Shown piece after piece: positions 12,019 through 26,430 of a DNA stretch of 64,000 nucleotides. The stretch's first letter is position 1; the number at the start of each line of letters is the position of its first letter. A program made the translations under genes and the position numbers. The DNA is taken from positions 90,830,001 through 90,894,000 of the forward strand of contig NC_042999.1 of NCBI RefSeq assembly GCF_006345805.1, read 5' to 3'. The stretch is from Octopus sinensis (lineage: Eukaryota). The notes under the pieces are model-generated. The model was not told the DNA's origin. It ran no database searches and saw only the letters and a program-made list of their open reading frames with translations.

Positions 12019-14517
12019 AATTATGCGCATTTTTATGCATGCATGTACTTATGTTTGTATGTAAGCACACACAACTTAGAAACAAATCAAAGAAAATGGC
12101 TAAAAAAATCAACAGATGAAAGATATATATAAATATGAATAGGCGTTAATGAAATAAATTAAAATATATCAGATATATTTCAGAAGATTCTGGATAAAAA
12201 AAATTACTATCTTGGTTTGAAATTGACCAACATTGCTTAGAAATTACTTTAGCTGGAGTAATTTAGAAACTATTAATGAAAAAAGATTTATTTTGATGAG
12301 ATAAAATCAAACTTGCGAAATTTCTCAGCTACTTCTACATGAAGCATAAATATGTTTAAATTTGAATAGATTTATGCTGGCAATATGTGTTATAGAGCCA
12401 GTTTCCATACCTGGTTGAAGATGTTTTAATATTTAAATAATATTTTCGGAGTTTTTCTTGTTTTGTAAGTGACTAGATGTAGCGTTGGCATCGTTGTCTT
12501 TTTAGAAATATTACAGTCATAGCTGTGTAGTTTACGAGTTTGGTTTTCAAAAACGTAACTGTGAGCTCGGTTACTTTGTATGTTATATTGACAAAGTACA
12601 TTGTATTATAGACTAGGGATATCTTCCCTGTGGAACATAGAAGGCAGAAGCTGTACAGAAGCCCGTCTTTATGTGTGTCAGTGTGTATGTGTATATATAT
12701 ATATGTCAAATTTTAAGTATATTATGGGCATATATATTATACGCATGCATATATATATATTTAGCGAAAGTATATAGGGCATAGCCTTATAATCAGAGGG
12801 ATGACTGAAAAGGAAGAATAATTACTGTATTCCGTCTGAATTATGCAGACGATGTTTTCTTTAGTATCACCTTCAAAATATAGGACTCAAGTGATCGGTC
12901 TGTTAGTAACACACTATCAAGCGACGGCTTCTTTTCAGCAAATGCAATATACAATATGTCAAGTAAATTACCTCAATTTAAGACCGATATCTCTATATTC
13001 ATATTTTTAGATGTTGAGTGAAACCTTTCAGCGTTTATATAACACTGTAATAGAGGATTTGATGGTCATTTTTGACCATGTAGCTACACAAATACATGGA
13101 AGGGTTTTTGTTTAATTAACACTACAAGCCATTGCCCTGAGGGACAGTAAACCAATGTCATTCACTGTAGTTGAGGTCAACTGCCAAGCGCGTGTGAATA
13201 TACGTTCAAAAGTTCAAGAAAAAGAGAACATTTATGGCGAATTAATGTGGAACTTGTATCTCTTGTATCCTGTGGATTACCAACAAATTTTCCAAATTTT
13301 CACAAAAACCTAGAAATACTCGGTTTCACGAATAATGTGCAAAAGAAGCTGGTGCGGATTCTCAAAATCCAATCTATCTATTAGTGATAAACTGAAGATG
13401 TGTAAGACATTCCAAAAATTCTCCATGTGAGATTCTTATGTGAATAGATGCACACATATGGGTGTTTGCATCGACAGTTGAACTGACATCAACTCAACCA
13501 CATATTTGCAAACACCAGGATTTCTCTTAACTCAAGTTAGTGACCAGCTTGAACTCTCTCAAGAAGAACTTATTTTAAACTCAAGGAAAAAAACATACGT
13601 ATATATATACATACATACATGCATACATACATAAACACAGACAGACAGATACCCAAACTATGTTTATGTGTTATGAAAACTGAAGCCCATCTCATTCATA
13701 TTACTGTCACCATTTTACTGTAAACCTAACGAAAGAAGTGCATTGTTTGTTTGTATATAACATGAAATCAAATGTTGTTGCCTACAAAATGAAAGTGAGG
13801 CGATGAATCCGATATGTTGATATTAAATAGCAATGTAATCATAGAATTACTTATTTTGAAAAAAATATTAAAATTACATATTCTGTTGTTAAAGCAATGA
13901 AATATTAATTGTTAGTAGAAGGCCGGCAAACCATGCAACAGTTGAAAATGTGAAATTTAAAGCAGACAGCAATAAGATGAAACGTTGTTAACTGAACGTT
14001 CATTTAATATGTAAAAGAAAAGCAAAACAAAGCAAAAACAATGATGAATTAATAAAGGATATTAACATACAAAGACACCATGAAACAAAAGCAGTAGTAA
14101 TAAGAGCGAATCATACATCCGAAAAGATTTTCAGCGAAAAACTTCGTCAGCAAATGAAAAAAGCAGGAAGAAAACACACGCTATTAATGATAATAAATGT
14201 GTATAAAAAGCAAAAACAAAAGACAATGAACATTTTTGAATGGCTTATATCACACACAAATAGCAAATGAAGTTGCCGAAATATTCGGACATGCAGCATT
14301 TGCCAAGTTGAAATTCAAATGCGACGTTACTTGCGCTCGCACATGCACATAAACTGTACTACGGTCATAGACACTTCACTCCGGTCGGGGACTATATATA
14401 AGAGGTTACTGTCAATCGTTGTGTATACGTTACCGGAAGTTTCATAATAAACATGTATTGCAAATAATATCGAAGATAGACAAATATAGATATGTGTGTG
14501 TGTCTATGTGCATATAT

Positions 14518-14574
<57 letters not shown>

Positions 14575-14582
14575 ATGGAATG

Positions 14583-14964
14583 GAAGCACTCCGTCGATTA
14601 CGACGACGACGAGGGTTCCGGTTGATCCGATCAACGGAACAGCCTGCTCGTGAAATTAACGTGTAAGTGGCTGAGCACTCCACAGACACGTGCACCCTTA
14701 ACGTAGTTCTCGGGGATATTCAGCGTGACACAGAGAGTGACAAGGCCGGCCCTTTGAAATACAGGTACAACAGAAACAGGAAGTAAGAGTGAAAGAAAGT
14801 TGTGGTGAAAGAGTACAGCAGGGATCACCACCATCCCTGTCGGAGCCTCGTGGAGCTTTAGGTGTTTTCGCTCAATAAACACTCACAATGCCCGGTCTGG
14901 GAATCGAAACCGCGATCCTACGACCGCGAGTCCTCTGCCCTAACCACTGGGCCATTGCGCCTCC
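14583..14964 (-). mobile_element. Well-preserved tRNA-derived SINE
   Basis: Minus-strand head ggaggcgcaatggcccagtggttagggc...ggtttcgattcccagaccggg with A and B boxes; core shared with the degenerate copy at 40650-40975; flanked by (TA)n. Confidence 0.9.
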
Positions 14965-14979
14965 ACATATATATATATA

Positions 14980-15027
<48 letters not shown>

Positions 15028-15037
15028 TGTGTATGTG

Positions 15038-15076
<39 letters not shown>

Positions 15077-15104
15077 ACGTACGTATAAATATATCCATGT
15101 GTGT

Positions 15105-15275
15105 TTTGTTGTGCTTGTCTCCCACCACTGCTTGACAACAGGTGTTCGTTTGCTTACGTCCTCGTAACTTAATATAAGTAACAGGTTTCAAACCTGTAAG
15201 TACTGGGTTCCATTTCTTTGATTAAACTCTCTAAGGCAGCGCCCCAGCATGAGCGCAGTCTAATGACTGAAAATA
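15105..15275 (+). mobile_element. Octopus-type SINE 3' fragment
   Basis: cttgacaac...ttacgtcctcgtaactt...gcagcgccccagcatg...ctaatgactgaaa tail. Confidence 0.65.
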
Positions 15276-16518
15276 CCTAAGAAAGCAGATTTATACCTTA
15301 TGCGCGCGCGTGTGTGTATGTGTAGTGCATGTCTGTGTGTGTGTGTATTTGTGTGTGTGTGTGTGTGTGTGTGCATGTCTGCGTGTATATATTATGCATA
15401 AATCGCGAGCAATTATAGAAAGTTTGTGAATGTATTGCTAATAGTTATTTCGATAGTGTTTCAAGTACAGATATTAAACAGATCAACATGATGACATGCT
15501 GAACTTTTACCATTACATATCTGCCCCCAAATCAATAAGCTAAAGAATATTTAAAATGTAGAGGAAAATGATGTGGGAAAAATTATGTTTAATATCTATT
15601 GAACTACAAAAATATTTTTATCGAGTAGCAACAACAAAAAAAAAGTTGCTTAAAATGTTTACCGTTTCCTTTTCATCTCTAACTTCAGGCATCATTTAAC
15701 AAACTGACCTTTTTCTTATAATGTTAATAAGAGCTAACAAAACTGTTTTTACGGTTTAGTGCTTTATTTCAAACACTTTACCATCGATATTCGAGGCTTA
15801 ACTCTAACAGAATAACGATTTTTAAAATTCCATTTTCTCAACTAGCCATTCATTAACCACGAGTTAAATATTTCTTGAACCAATTAATGACTTCCATTCA
15901 CATATGCCATTTTATCATACACGCACGCGCACGCGTGCAGTCATATGTATATACATGTCTATATGTATATATATATGTGTTTGAATGTGGTTATATTAAT
16001 ATATATGTGAATCTTATTGTCAATACTTATTTCCATGTAGCGTTAGCTTAGCCAACATTATACTATTTTATCAATATTAGATGATGTTTATATCAAGCAT
16101 CCTTTCATAAGTAAGCATGTAACACAATTTCATCATCAATTTGATAGATGTTCACCATCATTAGATAAATAACTACCAAATCCAAGCAATAAATTTCGTA
16201 AATAAAATTATTCTGAATAATCATAAAAATAATAAATCTTAATAAATAGTTTACAATAAACAAAATATCTGTAAACAAGGAATATTAACTAAAATTGAAA
16301 CGAAACACAAATTTCTGTATCACGATCGGCAGTTTAAAAGATGAATTTAAACTTCAATCTTTTTTCTAAGAGATAAAACATCAGAGATGAGATAAGATAC
16401 AGAATCTTGCAACAGTGGTTATCTGCAACGTCAGAAGTTAATTCTTAAGCATTTTTAGAAAAATATTCTTCTGAGACAACTTGAACTGAAGAGTGAATTG
16501 AAAAATACTAAATTTTAT

Positions 16519-17370
16519 TATCGAGGCGAGTCAAAACTTTTGCAATATTTGCGGTGTTATATCACGTTATCGAAGCAGTTCGAGACGTAGACGGTACCTG
16601 CTGAAATTGGGTAATATCGTGGTAGTTGGTGCGTAGACATGTCGTGCTTTACTCTGTCATTTTAAAGCTGCACAGTTGTATGTGCAACGTAGTTTAATTT
16701 GGGAATTTTGCTTTACAAGTTCGAATTAGACCACATCGCGGCGGAAGCATCCAAGAACATTTTTTGTGCGAAGGGTGAAGGCGCGGTAGATCACAGTATA
16801 ATAAATCAAATGGTTCAAGAAATTTCAGTTGGGTTGTAAGAAAATCGATGATCAGGCGGAGGCAGATTGGCCTAAAATGTGGTCCAAAGCAAACAGGTGT
16901 GCTCTGTGCTCCAAAGCAAAGACACAAATCTGGTGCGTAGCCCTCTGAGAGTGACCTCGGCATCTCACAGATATTTGCCATCGTGTAGAAAAGATGCCTG
17001 GCATTGGTTCATAGAAAGCGAGCCCTTCTGCAGAAAGACAACTCATGACCTCATACTACTTGTTTTAAGTTTACACTTCAGGAACTTAAGGAACTCGAAG
17101 TGATCCAACACCCAACATATAGTCTGGACCTAGCTCCCTTGGATTATTATTTGTTCAGATCCATGGCTCATTCTATACGCTCGTGACATTTCATCAACCA
17201 AGAGGAGATCGAAGCTTCAGTGGAGTTCTTCGCCTCGAATGACATGAACGGGCATCAGCGTGAGATCAAAGAACTAGCAGAAAGGTGGTTTAAGACGATG
17301 CAACACGATGGCTTCTACTTTGAATGGTAGGCTGCTTTTGAAATAACTTGACGATTAAAGCTAAAAAGTT
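16519..17370 (+). mobile_element. Decayed mariner transposon (transposase pseudogene)
   Basis: N-terminal AAEASKNIFCAKGEGAVDH..KWFKKF and C-terminal HPTYSLDLAPLDYYLFRSM...ELAERW...HDGFYFE (mariner YSPDL motif) with stops and frameshifts. Confidence 0.85.
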
Positions 17371-18261
17371 ACCAAGATAGGTATCTGGTTTGGCCCAGAT
17401 CTCCAGGTAGAAAAGAACTGGACTGAGGTATTGAACAATGTCATCCTTGTAGTCAAGACCTGGTCTTGACGGTGGCTATCCTTGAAAGGGAGGGCAGAGG
17501 TCGCCAATGTGTTCATCGCATCGGTCATCATTTACGGCCTAACTTTCGTTACTTGTCCAGATTCGTGTTTGAGCAAGTTGGAGAGACAGATCTTCCGCTT
17601 CTTGTGGAAGGGATCGACTCCACTTGTAAGGCGTTCCATGCGCAAAAATGCGTTGAGGTTGAGGCATCTCTGGCTTTACCTGGATGGTGAACGGATGTGG
17701 CTCCGCTTGCAAAACGGATGTTTCCCAGGTTCACTAGTTTTGGTGGACGAGAAAGATGGTTTCGTCGATGATCGAGGTTGGGTACATACTATACGGAGTG
17801 CCGTAAGGCTCTCCTACAGTTGCGTCGCTCTGGTAATGCCAGCGATATTGGTACCACCGCGTCGTTCTAGAGCAGGTTGGTAGAGGCTGGAAACGATGAT
17901 ACCCTAGGGGAGACCATGGGTCTCGATAATAACTAGTTAGATATTTTGTTCCACAGGACATTCGGGCCGAGGACTTTGGATAACTTCCAAGATCTCTGGC
18001 TTGGCAATGTTACCGAGGGGCCTTACCCGTTCGGAATAAGCTCACCAGACAGACACGGCCAACCCGGTCCATTGGCTTGTCCAAGATGCGAGTAGGATAG
18101 GGAAACCATTCTGCACGCTATTGTGAAGCGTCCGGAAGTGTCAGAAGTGTGGACTTATGCGGAACACCTGTAGTCGGATTTGAGAAGAGTACAGCTGTCA
18201 TCTGAGTCAGTTTTAAAAATTGACCCACCGGATATCCTCACGAAAGTAGGTAAGAATTGCT

Positions 18262-18326
<65 letters not shown>

Positions 18327-18756
18327 ATTGCGAAAGAGGCGATATGGAAGACGAGAATGAAAGGAATGGCGACAGGCAACTTCATCTCCGGTCTCGGGCA
18401 GGTGAGATTCTTCCCCTTTTTACCTGAAAAGGAAAGTGAGGCTGGCGATAAAATGCCTGTCGGAAAGGATGTTTAAAGACAGATGGATACATGTAGCTAG
18501 GATGCTGGGTGTGAAAGACTCCTCGTGAACGTGCGCTAAGGCTGAACAAAAAGCTACCGGTAGTAGAACAGGGCTCGTGTGGTCGGAGCGTAACCTGTTT
18601 TTCTATCTCATTGTGCATGTGTAATCATGTCTTTTGTATTGTATTTCATCCGATTTTATTGTAAACGTTTATAATTTTTTTTATCGTTTGCGTGTCTAAC
18701 CCCGATCAGGCTGTGCTATCCTCTCCATGTTGTCCACCTGTGGGCAATAAAGAAAC
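17371..18756 (+). mobile_element. 5'-truncated Tx1/L1-clade LINE 3' portion
   Basis: LKGRAEVANVFIASVIIYGLT...CLSKLERQIFRFLWKG homologous to the 31097-32650 copy; ends in gggcaataaagaaa like that copy. Confidence 0.85.
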
Positions 18757-21700
18757 AAGTTATGTCCAACATCTTACGCTGAAATATTATCAAAACATTA
18801 GTTATAGAATCGAGTATTCTTGGTAAAATATGGCTGTAGACTGAAATAACCCAAGACCTTATTGTAGTTTATGAATTATTGTACAACGACAAATTAGTTA
18901 ATTGAAAAGTTCAGAAAATAGATAATGAAGCGAAGACGAAAAGAAAAGAAATAATGATCTAAGATATTAGCTTCTGTATTTGCATTCTGATATCTAGGTA
19001 AATTGCTTAATGTTACATAATATCGACAGGAATGAAACTCGTAATTCATGTTATTTCTTAATCATTTATCTGAGTAATCTCAAATTATGTCACAATTTCA
19101 ATTGTGTTCCACTTTTACAATACGTTATGTTATTTCATACAACTATCTTTCCTTTATATGTCCATTATAATTCGTCTTTTTCACGCATATCTTTACACAA
19201 TTTCAGTACAATCACAAGATATCTATCATTCTACAAATCTTCAATGACTAAAACTTTGCGCTTAAACTATTTTTATATAAAATAGATGGCATTTAAACAT
19301 TCTCACCAGAACACATGCCTTCATATAATAAATATTTACCAACAAATATTTTACCACAAATTTACAGAACTCAACCAAAGATATTTCTCGATATCCATTG
19401 ATTACATTGTCTGATTTGTTCACTCTTCTGGTCACTTTAGTTTTTGTTTCCATTTATGAGCACCGAAGATTTTACATCCTTTCTTTATCCTCCAAATTAT
19501 AGTTGGGCTTATGCCAAGTAATGGAAATGTCGATAAAATAACATTGATGCAATTTGTGTTTCCTCAAACAAAAACTAGTGAGCTCACTAGTTTTTGTAGT
19601 TCAGAAGTATAGTTCAACGTTAAATTTCATCCATGATCAATTTCAAGTTTTAGAAATGCATAAATCTCGTCAAATTCTTCCAAATATTTCACGAATAACT
19701 TATCATGTCTTGATAGAAGTAATCTTAAGAGATCAGACGTAAAACAACATCCATAAAATCATGTTCCAAAAGCTTTGCAGCAAGAGTTTACAAAGGAATG
19801 AATTTTGTCAATTATTTTAACGTTTATTATTATGTGCTGTTCTGATTTCTATGATCTGTTGAAAAACTACAAATTCATTCAAATCCAATTTCTGAAGTGC
19901 ACAGCACACACTTTCGTTAATAATTCACGTTGTATCCTCTATCATGGTAATTTGTAGTAATATTGATCACAATGTTGTCATCAGTAGTGTATCAGGCCAA
20001 AAATATAAATTATGTCACAACATATAACGGCTAGGTATTATAGGTTGTCCAATATTTCAGATAGCTTTAGATGATTACTTTGTATGAAAGCAATAAATTA
20101 AGATTTTCATTTCAAATATCCATTTGATAATCGATGTAAGAGATTTCCTTTTCATCACGTACAATAACAACCGTGATATTATTTTATAAATTACTCATTT
20201 ATCTTGCATACATTTTCTATCAGGAAGGGATTGTCTTTTATTTATTGCTAATGTATTTCAGTTTACTTTAATTCATACAAATGTAATTCTGATGAATGGT
20301 AAAGAGCCTAGGGCAGAGGACGTAATGCTTGCCGATATGCAATTTATATCCCTGTTGTATCGCACGATCGACGTACGATATAACGGGATAATAATAATCT
20401 CCTCGCAAATCGTTCTACTCAAGATACTGGTAACAAACCTCGACAATAGGCAACTTTCCATTTCTTTTATTTAGGCTCATAGCCTTTATAAAGAGGGGAC
20501 ACCACCAGGACAGACAAAACAAGACATTGGGGTACATATAAAACACACATTGCATGGACTATGATTAAAAAAATGAGGATGAAATAGCTTACTCACCCAC
20601 CAAATCAAGCAGTTTCATTTTACTGTTCTTTTAAATTACAGTTCAATTTACAGTCATGTATCTTAAAAAAAAACACACACACGCAATTACAACAAGTAAT
20701 GCATAAGATCGTCGAAAATTACAATAGGTGGCAACTCATCGTATCTAAACTGAAGTGGTGATACTACAACTCTTTTTTTTCCCCAAACAGTTCGGCTAAT
20801 CTCTCGCCTCTTTCTCCAATAGCACGCTCTTCTTACATTCTGAGATTGCCAGTTTGACTCTGATAACATTTTTCATCTTTGTTAACCTCTTTTCGATTCC
20901 AAAACTTTTTTCATAGTTTACGAGGTTTCATAAATTTCTCCCTGTAGGTATCTTTCACTGATATCTTCGTCCGACACAATTTCCTCTGTCTCAAATTCGC
21001 TGTCTCTTTCGTTTTCATTCTTCAGTCGTGCTCCTTCTTCCTTACTGGTTGAAGGCAACGGTTCTTGAGTTCGCATTTCACGACTTTTCATTTGATTTTC
21101 CATTTTTCTTCTTTTCTTTCTTGTTCTCTTCCTCGTTTGTTTTTCTTTTTTTCTGTTTGGGGCTTTTATCAATTGAATCACTAACTTTTTTTCCTTTTAG
21201 TAGATTATCATTAAAAAATTGCCAATATTACCCATTCTGTGTCTATCATCGGTGGGATTCTTCCCACCCTGACTTTGACAATTCTTTTCCCTGGAGTGCT
21301 CGGTATTAACTCCATCTCCCTTCTTTTATCTGTCCATCATTCAATATCGCGTCGTCTTCTGTGGCAAATGAAACCGCTATCGTTCCATATTCTTTTCTTC
21401 TTGTTTGTTCCTTCCCTCTCTTTCATGCTGTGTTACTTCCTCAGCTTCTTCTCATCCCAATCCATACTCTCTTGCTTCAGCACACGTAGGTTCACAGCAT
21501 CCCGAACTCCAGCAGCTTCCGCGTAACTCTTCATTTTTCCAGTTTTCTCATTTCCACCCAACAAGGCGGCCTCGCAATAAATTCGGCCACACTCCTTCCA
21601 AAAACAACAAAGAGAAAAACCGGGATTATCACTTTTTGTTACGCGGAAGCTGCTGGGGTTCGGGATGCTGTGGTTCTACGTGTGATGAAACAGGAGCGTA

Positions 21701-22251
21701 TGTTACAGATGCGGCGAAAGAAGGCACCTGAAAAGTAAATGCCCTAGTACAGCTATGGAAATTGTGGTAGAAAGTGAATTGGGAAAAATTAGTAAGAGAA
21801 GAAAAGCTGGGAAAATAGAAAATAATGAGAAGTCGGCGGAGGTGAAAAATAGAAAACGAGAGAGAAAAAAATCTCCGACGACAGAAGAAGTGAAAAAGAG
21901 TAAAGGGATAAAAAAAGAAACACAACTCACGACAGGAAATACAGTTGAATTACCAATGGAAGTACCAGGTAAAGAATTAAACTTGTGGAGTCATGCAGAA
22001 CATGAACGAGACAGCCCAGAATCACGGAAACCGATAGACATAGATACACAGAAAAACCCCCCACAGAATTACAGTCAACCGAACACACAGACACAAATGC
22101 AGGAATACACTGACATACAAACGAAAGAACTCACAGACTTGAAGAGGGAAATAAAAGAAAAGTAGGAAACTAGGAGAGAAAAAAGACAACACGAGAAACA
22201 AAATGTAAAGTAAAATCATAGTGGTAAGTCATGGAAAATTTGTAAAAACTG

Positions 22252-22883
22252 GGATCTTTTCCTTATGAACGGCAGACAATTTCTAGTTTACTAAACACTT
22301 TAAAACTTCGTATACTGGTAGAGTGTGTCAAAATAAAGCATTTTTTTCTCTTGGGTTTCTTGAGAAAATTGTAATTTGTTTGTTTAACGTAGTTTAATTT
22401 TTCGAATTTTAACCAATCCTATGCTCTCTTTTGAGCTAAAATCATTTTCTGCGTCTAAAACTGAGACAACATCCTGTAACTAACCCTAAACCTCCCTCCT
22501 AACCCTAATTTTCTTTTCTTAATTGTTAAATTAAATTAATTGTTACGCGTATAAAAAAAAATAAAGAAATGGAATTAAATTAATTTAACAATTAAGAAAA
22601 ACAAATTAGGGTTAGGGTTAGGGGGAGGTTTAGGGTTAGTTACAGGTTGTTGTCTCAGTTTTAGACGCAGCAAATGATTTTAGATGGATGGAGGTAATCG
22701 ATTGGTTAAAATTGCCGAAATGCACGGATTTTCAGACGAAATATCTTACAAACTATAGAATTTTCTCAATAAAACCAAGAGAAAATGATGTTTTATAAAC
22801 ACATTCTACCAGTATACGAAGTTTAAAAGTGTTTAGTTAACTAGAAATTGTGTTGACATCTGCCGTTCAAAAAGAAAAGATCC
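22252..22883. mobile_element. Foldback non-autonomous DNA transposon with ~290-bp inverted arms, internal TTAGGG repeats and an 8-bp target-site duplication
   Basis: Arms 22252-22541 and 22573-22883 are reverse complements (ggatcttttc...gaacggcaga / tctgccgttc...gaaaagatcc); AAAAACTG is duplicated at 22244-22251 and 22884-22891. Confidence 0.9.
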
Positions 22884-23668
22884 AAAAACTGTGACTAAAG
22901 ATTTTTTAAACTTAACAGGTTTTAAAAAAAATGGAAATAATATACGGTTAAAGAAACAGGTTAACTAAAGGTTGAACACTAAGATAAAAATTTGGTTTTC
23001 TTTTATTTAAGAAAAAGAAAGGGAAAAAAAGGAATGTATGAACATTTGTGCTAAAGGTTTGTTATGGTAAGGCAAAAGCGAAGTCGCAGGTTCGCCTCGT
23101 GGTGAAGCTAGCGATTGTGTTTAAAGGTATTCACAGTTTCATCTCGCAGTGGGTGCGAGATGGCCCTCTCATTTGCATTGTAAATATATTAATTTCACAT
23201 TCATCCTTCATATGTTTTATGTTTCCGCATGTCTTTGTATGACCCCTCTGTATTTAGGCTTTGTGCCTATAATAAAGAATCAAACCGTCGATTGTCACAC
23301 GCTGACGATGGGTCAATATTCAGAAACTCGAGACCGTGTGTATCATGTCAGGTTGAAGATGGGAAGGATGGCTTCCTTTTGCAAATATTGATAGGGCACA
23401 GAAAGTGTGTCAATAGCCAACTGGAGGAAATGTCCTCCTGGGGCTACAAGCTACAGTAGCATCCACCCTTAAGGGTTAGCCACATTTAAGTGGCAAATAT
23501 ACTTCACATATTTATTCTTTAATTTATTTACTGATGTCAGTCTGTTATGATAAAAGACTCTTCTTCAAGGTACTACAAAGAGATCAAACTGGAATCAGGT
23601 GGTGAGGAAGAGAACTTCTTAAACGCACGATTATTTCTGCACAACGAGAAACATTTTATAATTGACAC

Positions 23669-23740
<72 letters not shown>

Positions 23741-24839
23741 AAGTGATTACCTTACCTTCTTTACATCCTTCTCGAAGCCCTAGGTGTCACTTTCCGCCCT
23801 CATCGACAACATTATCAGTTACTTGCTTGTGCATTTTTGTTTCCATTGGCAACTTTAACTCCAGCTTCTCCATCTAAACTGTCGTAACTGCAATGTATTG
23901 ATCATAGGTTGACCAGGGGCAAAACAATAAATCCAACGATTAATTCCTCGTCTCTCACATTTTTATACTTCAAACCTTCACGCTTCAAATCCGTTGGCAT
24001 TTTCTCAAATTTCCTTAATCTCTGCTGCGTCTCTTGCTAAGACTAAATGTCCAGTTCAAATAACACCAAATGGTCTACTTTTCCCACGAAAGATCTTGTC
24101 TATAACTCGTCAGTACCGTTCCCCGTCACCAAGCTGACAAGGCGCTTCAGCACTTTAATGTATCCATACACCAATAAGTATTTTCTTTTTATCACGTTCC
24201 ACCTCATCAACTGACATTTCCTACATGCTGACATCTGCAGATACCACTTTATTGAATCCGATCTAGTTTCCATTCCTATATTTCCAAGACCCCACAATTC
24301 TTCTCATATAAACGCAACCGAATCTTATGTGACCGCCAGAAAGAAAGTTTTCCGCTCCTGCAATACTCAACGTTTAATCACTGCCTCTTTTCTTTACAAA
24401 GTCTTTCCGTTTCATGTGCAACATCACAACTCTCCGTGGTTTTGAGACCATATTCTAGGTTGCTGACTACTTTCCTTATAGATCTATCAAAGTTATATAC
24501 TGTATGTGACTAAATGCACTGTATATAGTGAAACAGATGAACTACAAAACTCACCATTTAAACACCTCCTCTCAGTTTAATAATTACGGCTGCAAAGAAG
24601 CCACTGGTAGAAATAAATGCACTCCCTCAGATAAAAGTACCAAAGCAACTTGGTAAAGCATGTCATAACCAAAGCAAAAGAGGTTCAAATCTCTGTCTAC
24701 TGAATGAACACTCGCAATGAAGCTGTGAACAAAAACACAACTATAAACGTTCCATTTGTAGTCACCCATAATCTTAGAAACCATAACATTCGGTCAAATT
24801 ATCTTTCATTTCTACACTATTCATCAAATTTTGGAAATA

Positions 24840-25330
24840 TTATGAAAGACTCATGAAAGAGTCATCCAGCCGAAGACAACCACCAAGTTTCAGAAAACTC
24901 TTAACAAAGTCATAATTCACATCAAAAGGAGAAAAAAAAAGACGGTAACAAACTGCAGAGACCCGCGTTGTGGGAGATGTTAAATAAGTAAAAAAGAACA
25001 ACCAAACGATTCACGAATGAGAAGGAATCGAAGATTAATGCGAATATGAATTACAAAACAAAAGCACTTATCTACTGCATCATATACCCACAATGCAATG
25101 AGAATATCAGCCGAAAAGGATTGAAATTAAAACGCCGTGTTAGAATACATAAGCAACAATCAAAGATAAACATCTTACAAATTTTCAATGCAGTGAACAT
25201 CTAGACGTTTGTGCAACCGGAAAATAATATTCAAAATATTTCCTTTTCTCAAAATAAACGAAGAAAATAATCAATTGCTAAAAGCAAAAGAAATATACTC
25301 AATAAGAATTCTAATTTGAAATTAATCTGG
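24840..25330 (+). mobile_element. Decayed Penelope-like element, GIY-YIG region
   Basis: Frameshifted CRDPRCGRC...KTKALIYCI...QCNEN...KLKRRVRIHKQQ...CSEHLDVCA...KIFPF pattern. Confidence 0.7.
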
Positions 25331-25525
25331 AAATACACAACACTGCTACTAAAACCAATTTCCACTATACAGATTACCCCCATAATACGAATGTCTGAAG
25401 TACTTAACGAAAATACTTATACACAGCATGAAAAGTTTCAATCGAAAATCTGCTCCGTTGTTTTTTTAAAAATTGTTTTATATGATTAATTTTTATTTTA
25501 AGAAAATCTTTCTTCAAATGTGTGC

Positions 25526-25570
<45 letters not shown>

Positions 25571-25590
25571 TACATACATACATACATACA

Positions 25591-25624
<34 letters not shown>

Positions 25625-26059
25625 CATACATACATATATATATATATTATATACACACAAACAATAAGTTGAAATGGCACTGAGAGGGTATAAATAAGAT
25701 TTATATATATAAATAGTAATGCTTTTAACTGGTTCGTTTTTTATAGAGTGAATATGGCTCTGACAGCTCTCAGTAAACTTATAAATTGATTAGTTGAAAA
25801 CAGTGACCCTCATGTGTGCGTGCGTGTGCATGTGTGTGGCTATATGTACTCACTCAATAGAGTGCAAACCAGAACTGAAATAAATGTACATCTTATAAAG
25901 ATTGGTGTTTAATAGGATTCTTTCTATATTTTCGATGTGCATATACATCATACACCCCACCAACACATATATATTATATACATATATGTGTATGTATGTG
26001 TTTATGCATGCACCTATGTATGCGCATATTTATGTGTTTATCTGGCATCTTTTATCTTT

Positions 26060-26430
26060 TACACGTTTCAGTCATTAGACTGCAGCCATGCTGGAAGTAC
26101 GCCTTAAATGATTTCTAATATAACGACACGAGTACATATTTTAGTTAAGGCTCTGTACTTGTTCTTTCGGGTTCTGTTGCCGAACCGCGAAGTTGCGGGG
26201 GTGTAAAATCATCAACATCAGTTGTCATGCAGTGGTTGTGGTGGTGTTAGTGGTGGTGGTTTTGGGACAAAAACACAGACACGCATGCACACATGCATGC
26301 ACGCATGTACACACATACGACGGGCTTCTTTCAGTTTCTGTGTACTAAATCCGCTCACAAGGCTGTGGTCGACCTCAAGGCTATAGTGGAAGACAGTCAC
26401 CCAAGGGAAGCAAACTACTTAGCACACGGC
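26060..26430 (-). mobile_element. Octopus-type SINE, degenerate
   Basis: tttcagtcattagactgcagccatgctgg tail and cgggcttctttcagtttc...cacaaggct segment. Confidence 0.65.

Noticed and set aside
12536-12627. Possible minus-strand exon GKISLVYNTMYFVNITYK... (FN3-like)
   Set aside because: Good acceptor but weak donors, and the phases do not fit a typical FN3 exon; cannot be supported without transcripts
14110-14160. CTGACGA-AG...CT-GAAA on the minus strand
   Set aside because: Stems I and III do not pair
22600-22650. True telomere
   Set aside because: Only a few TTAGGG units, internal to a foldback element
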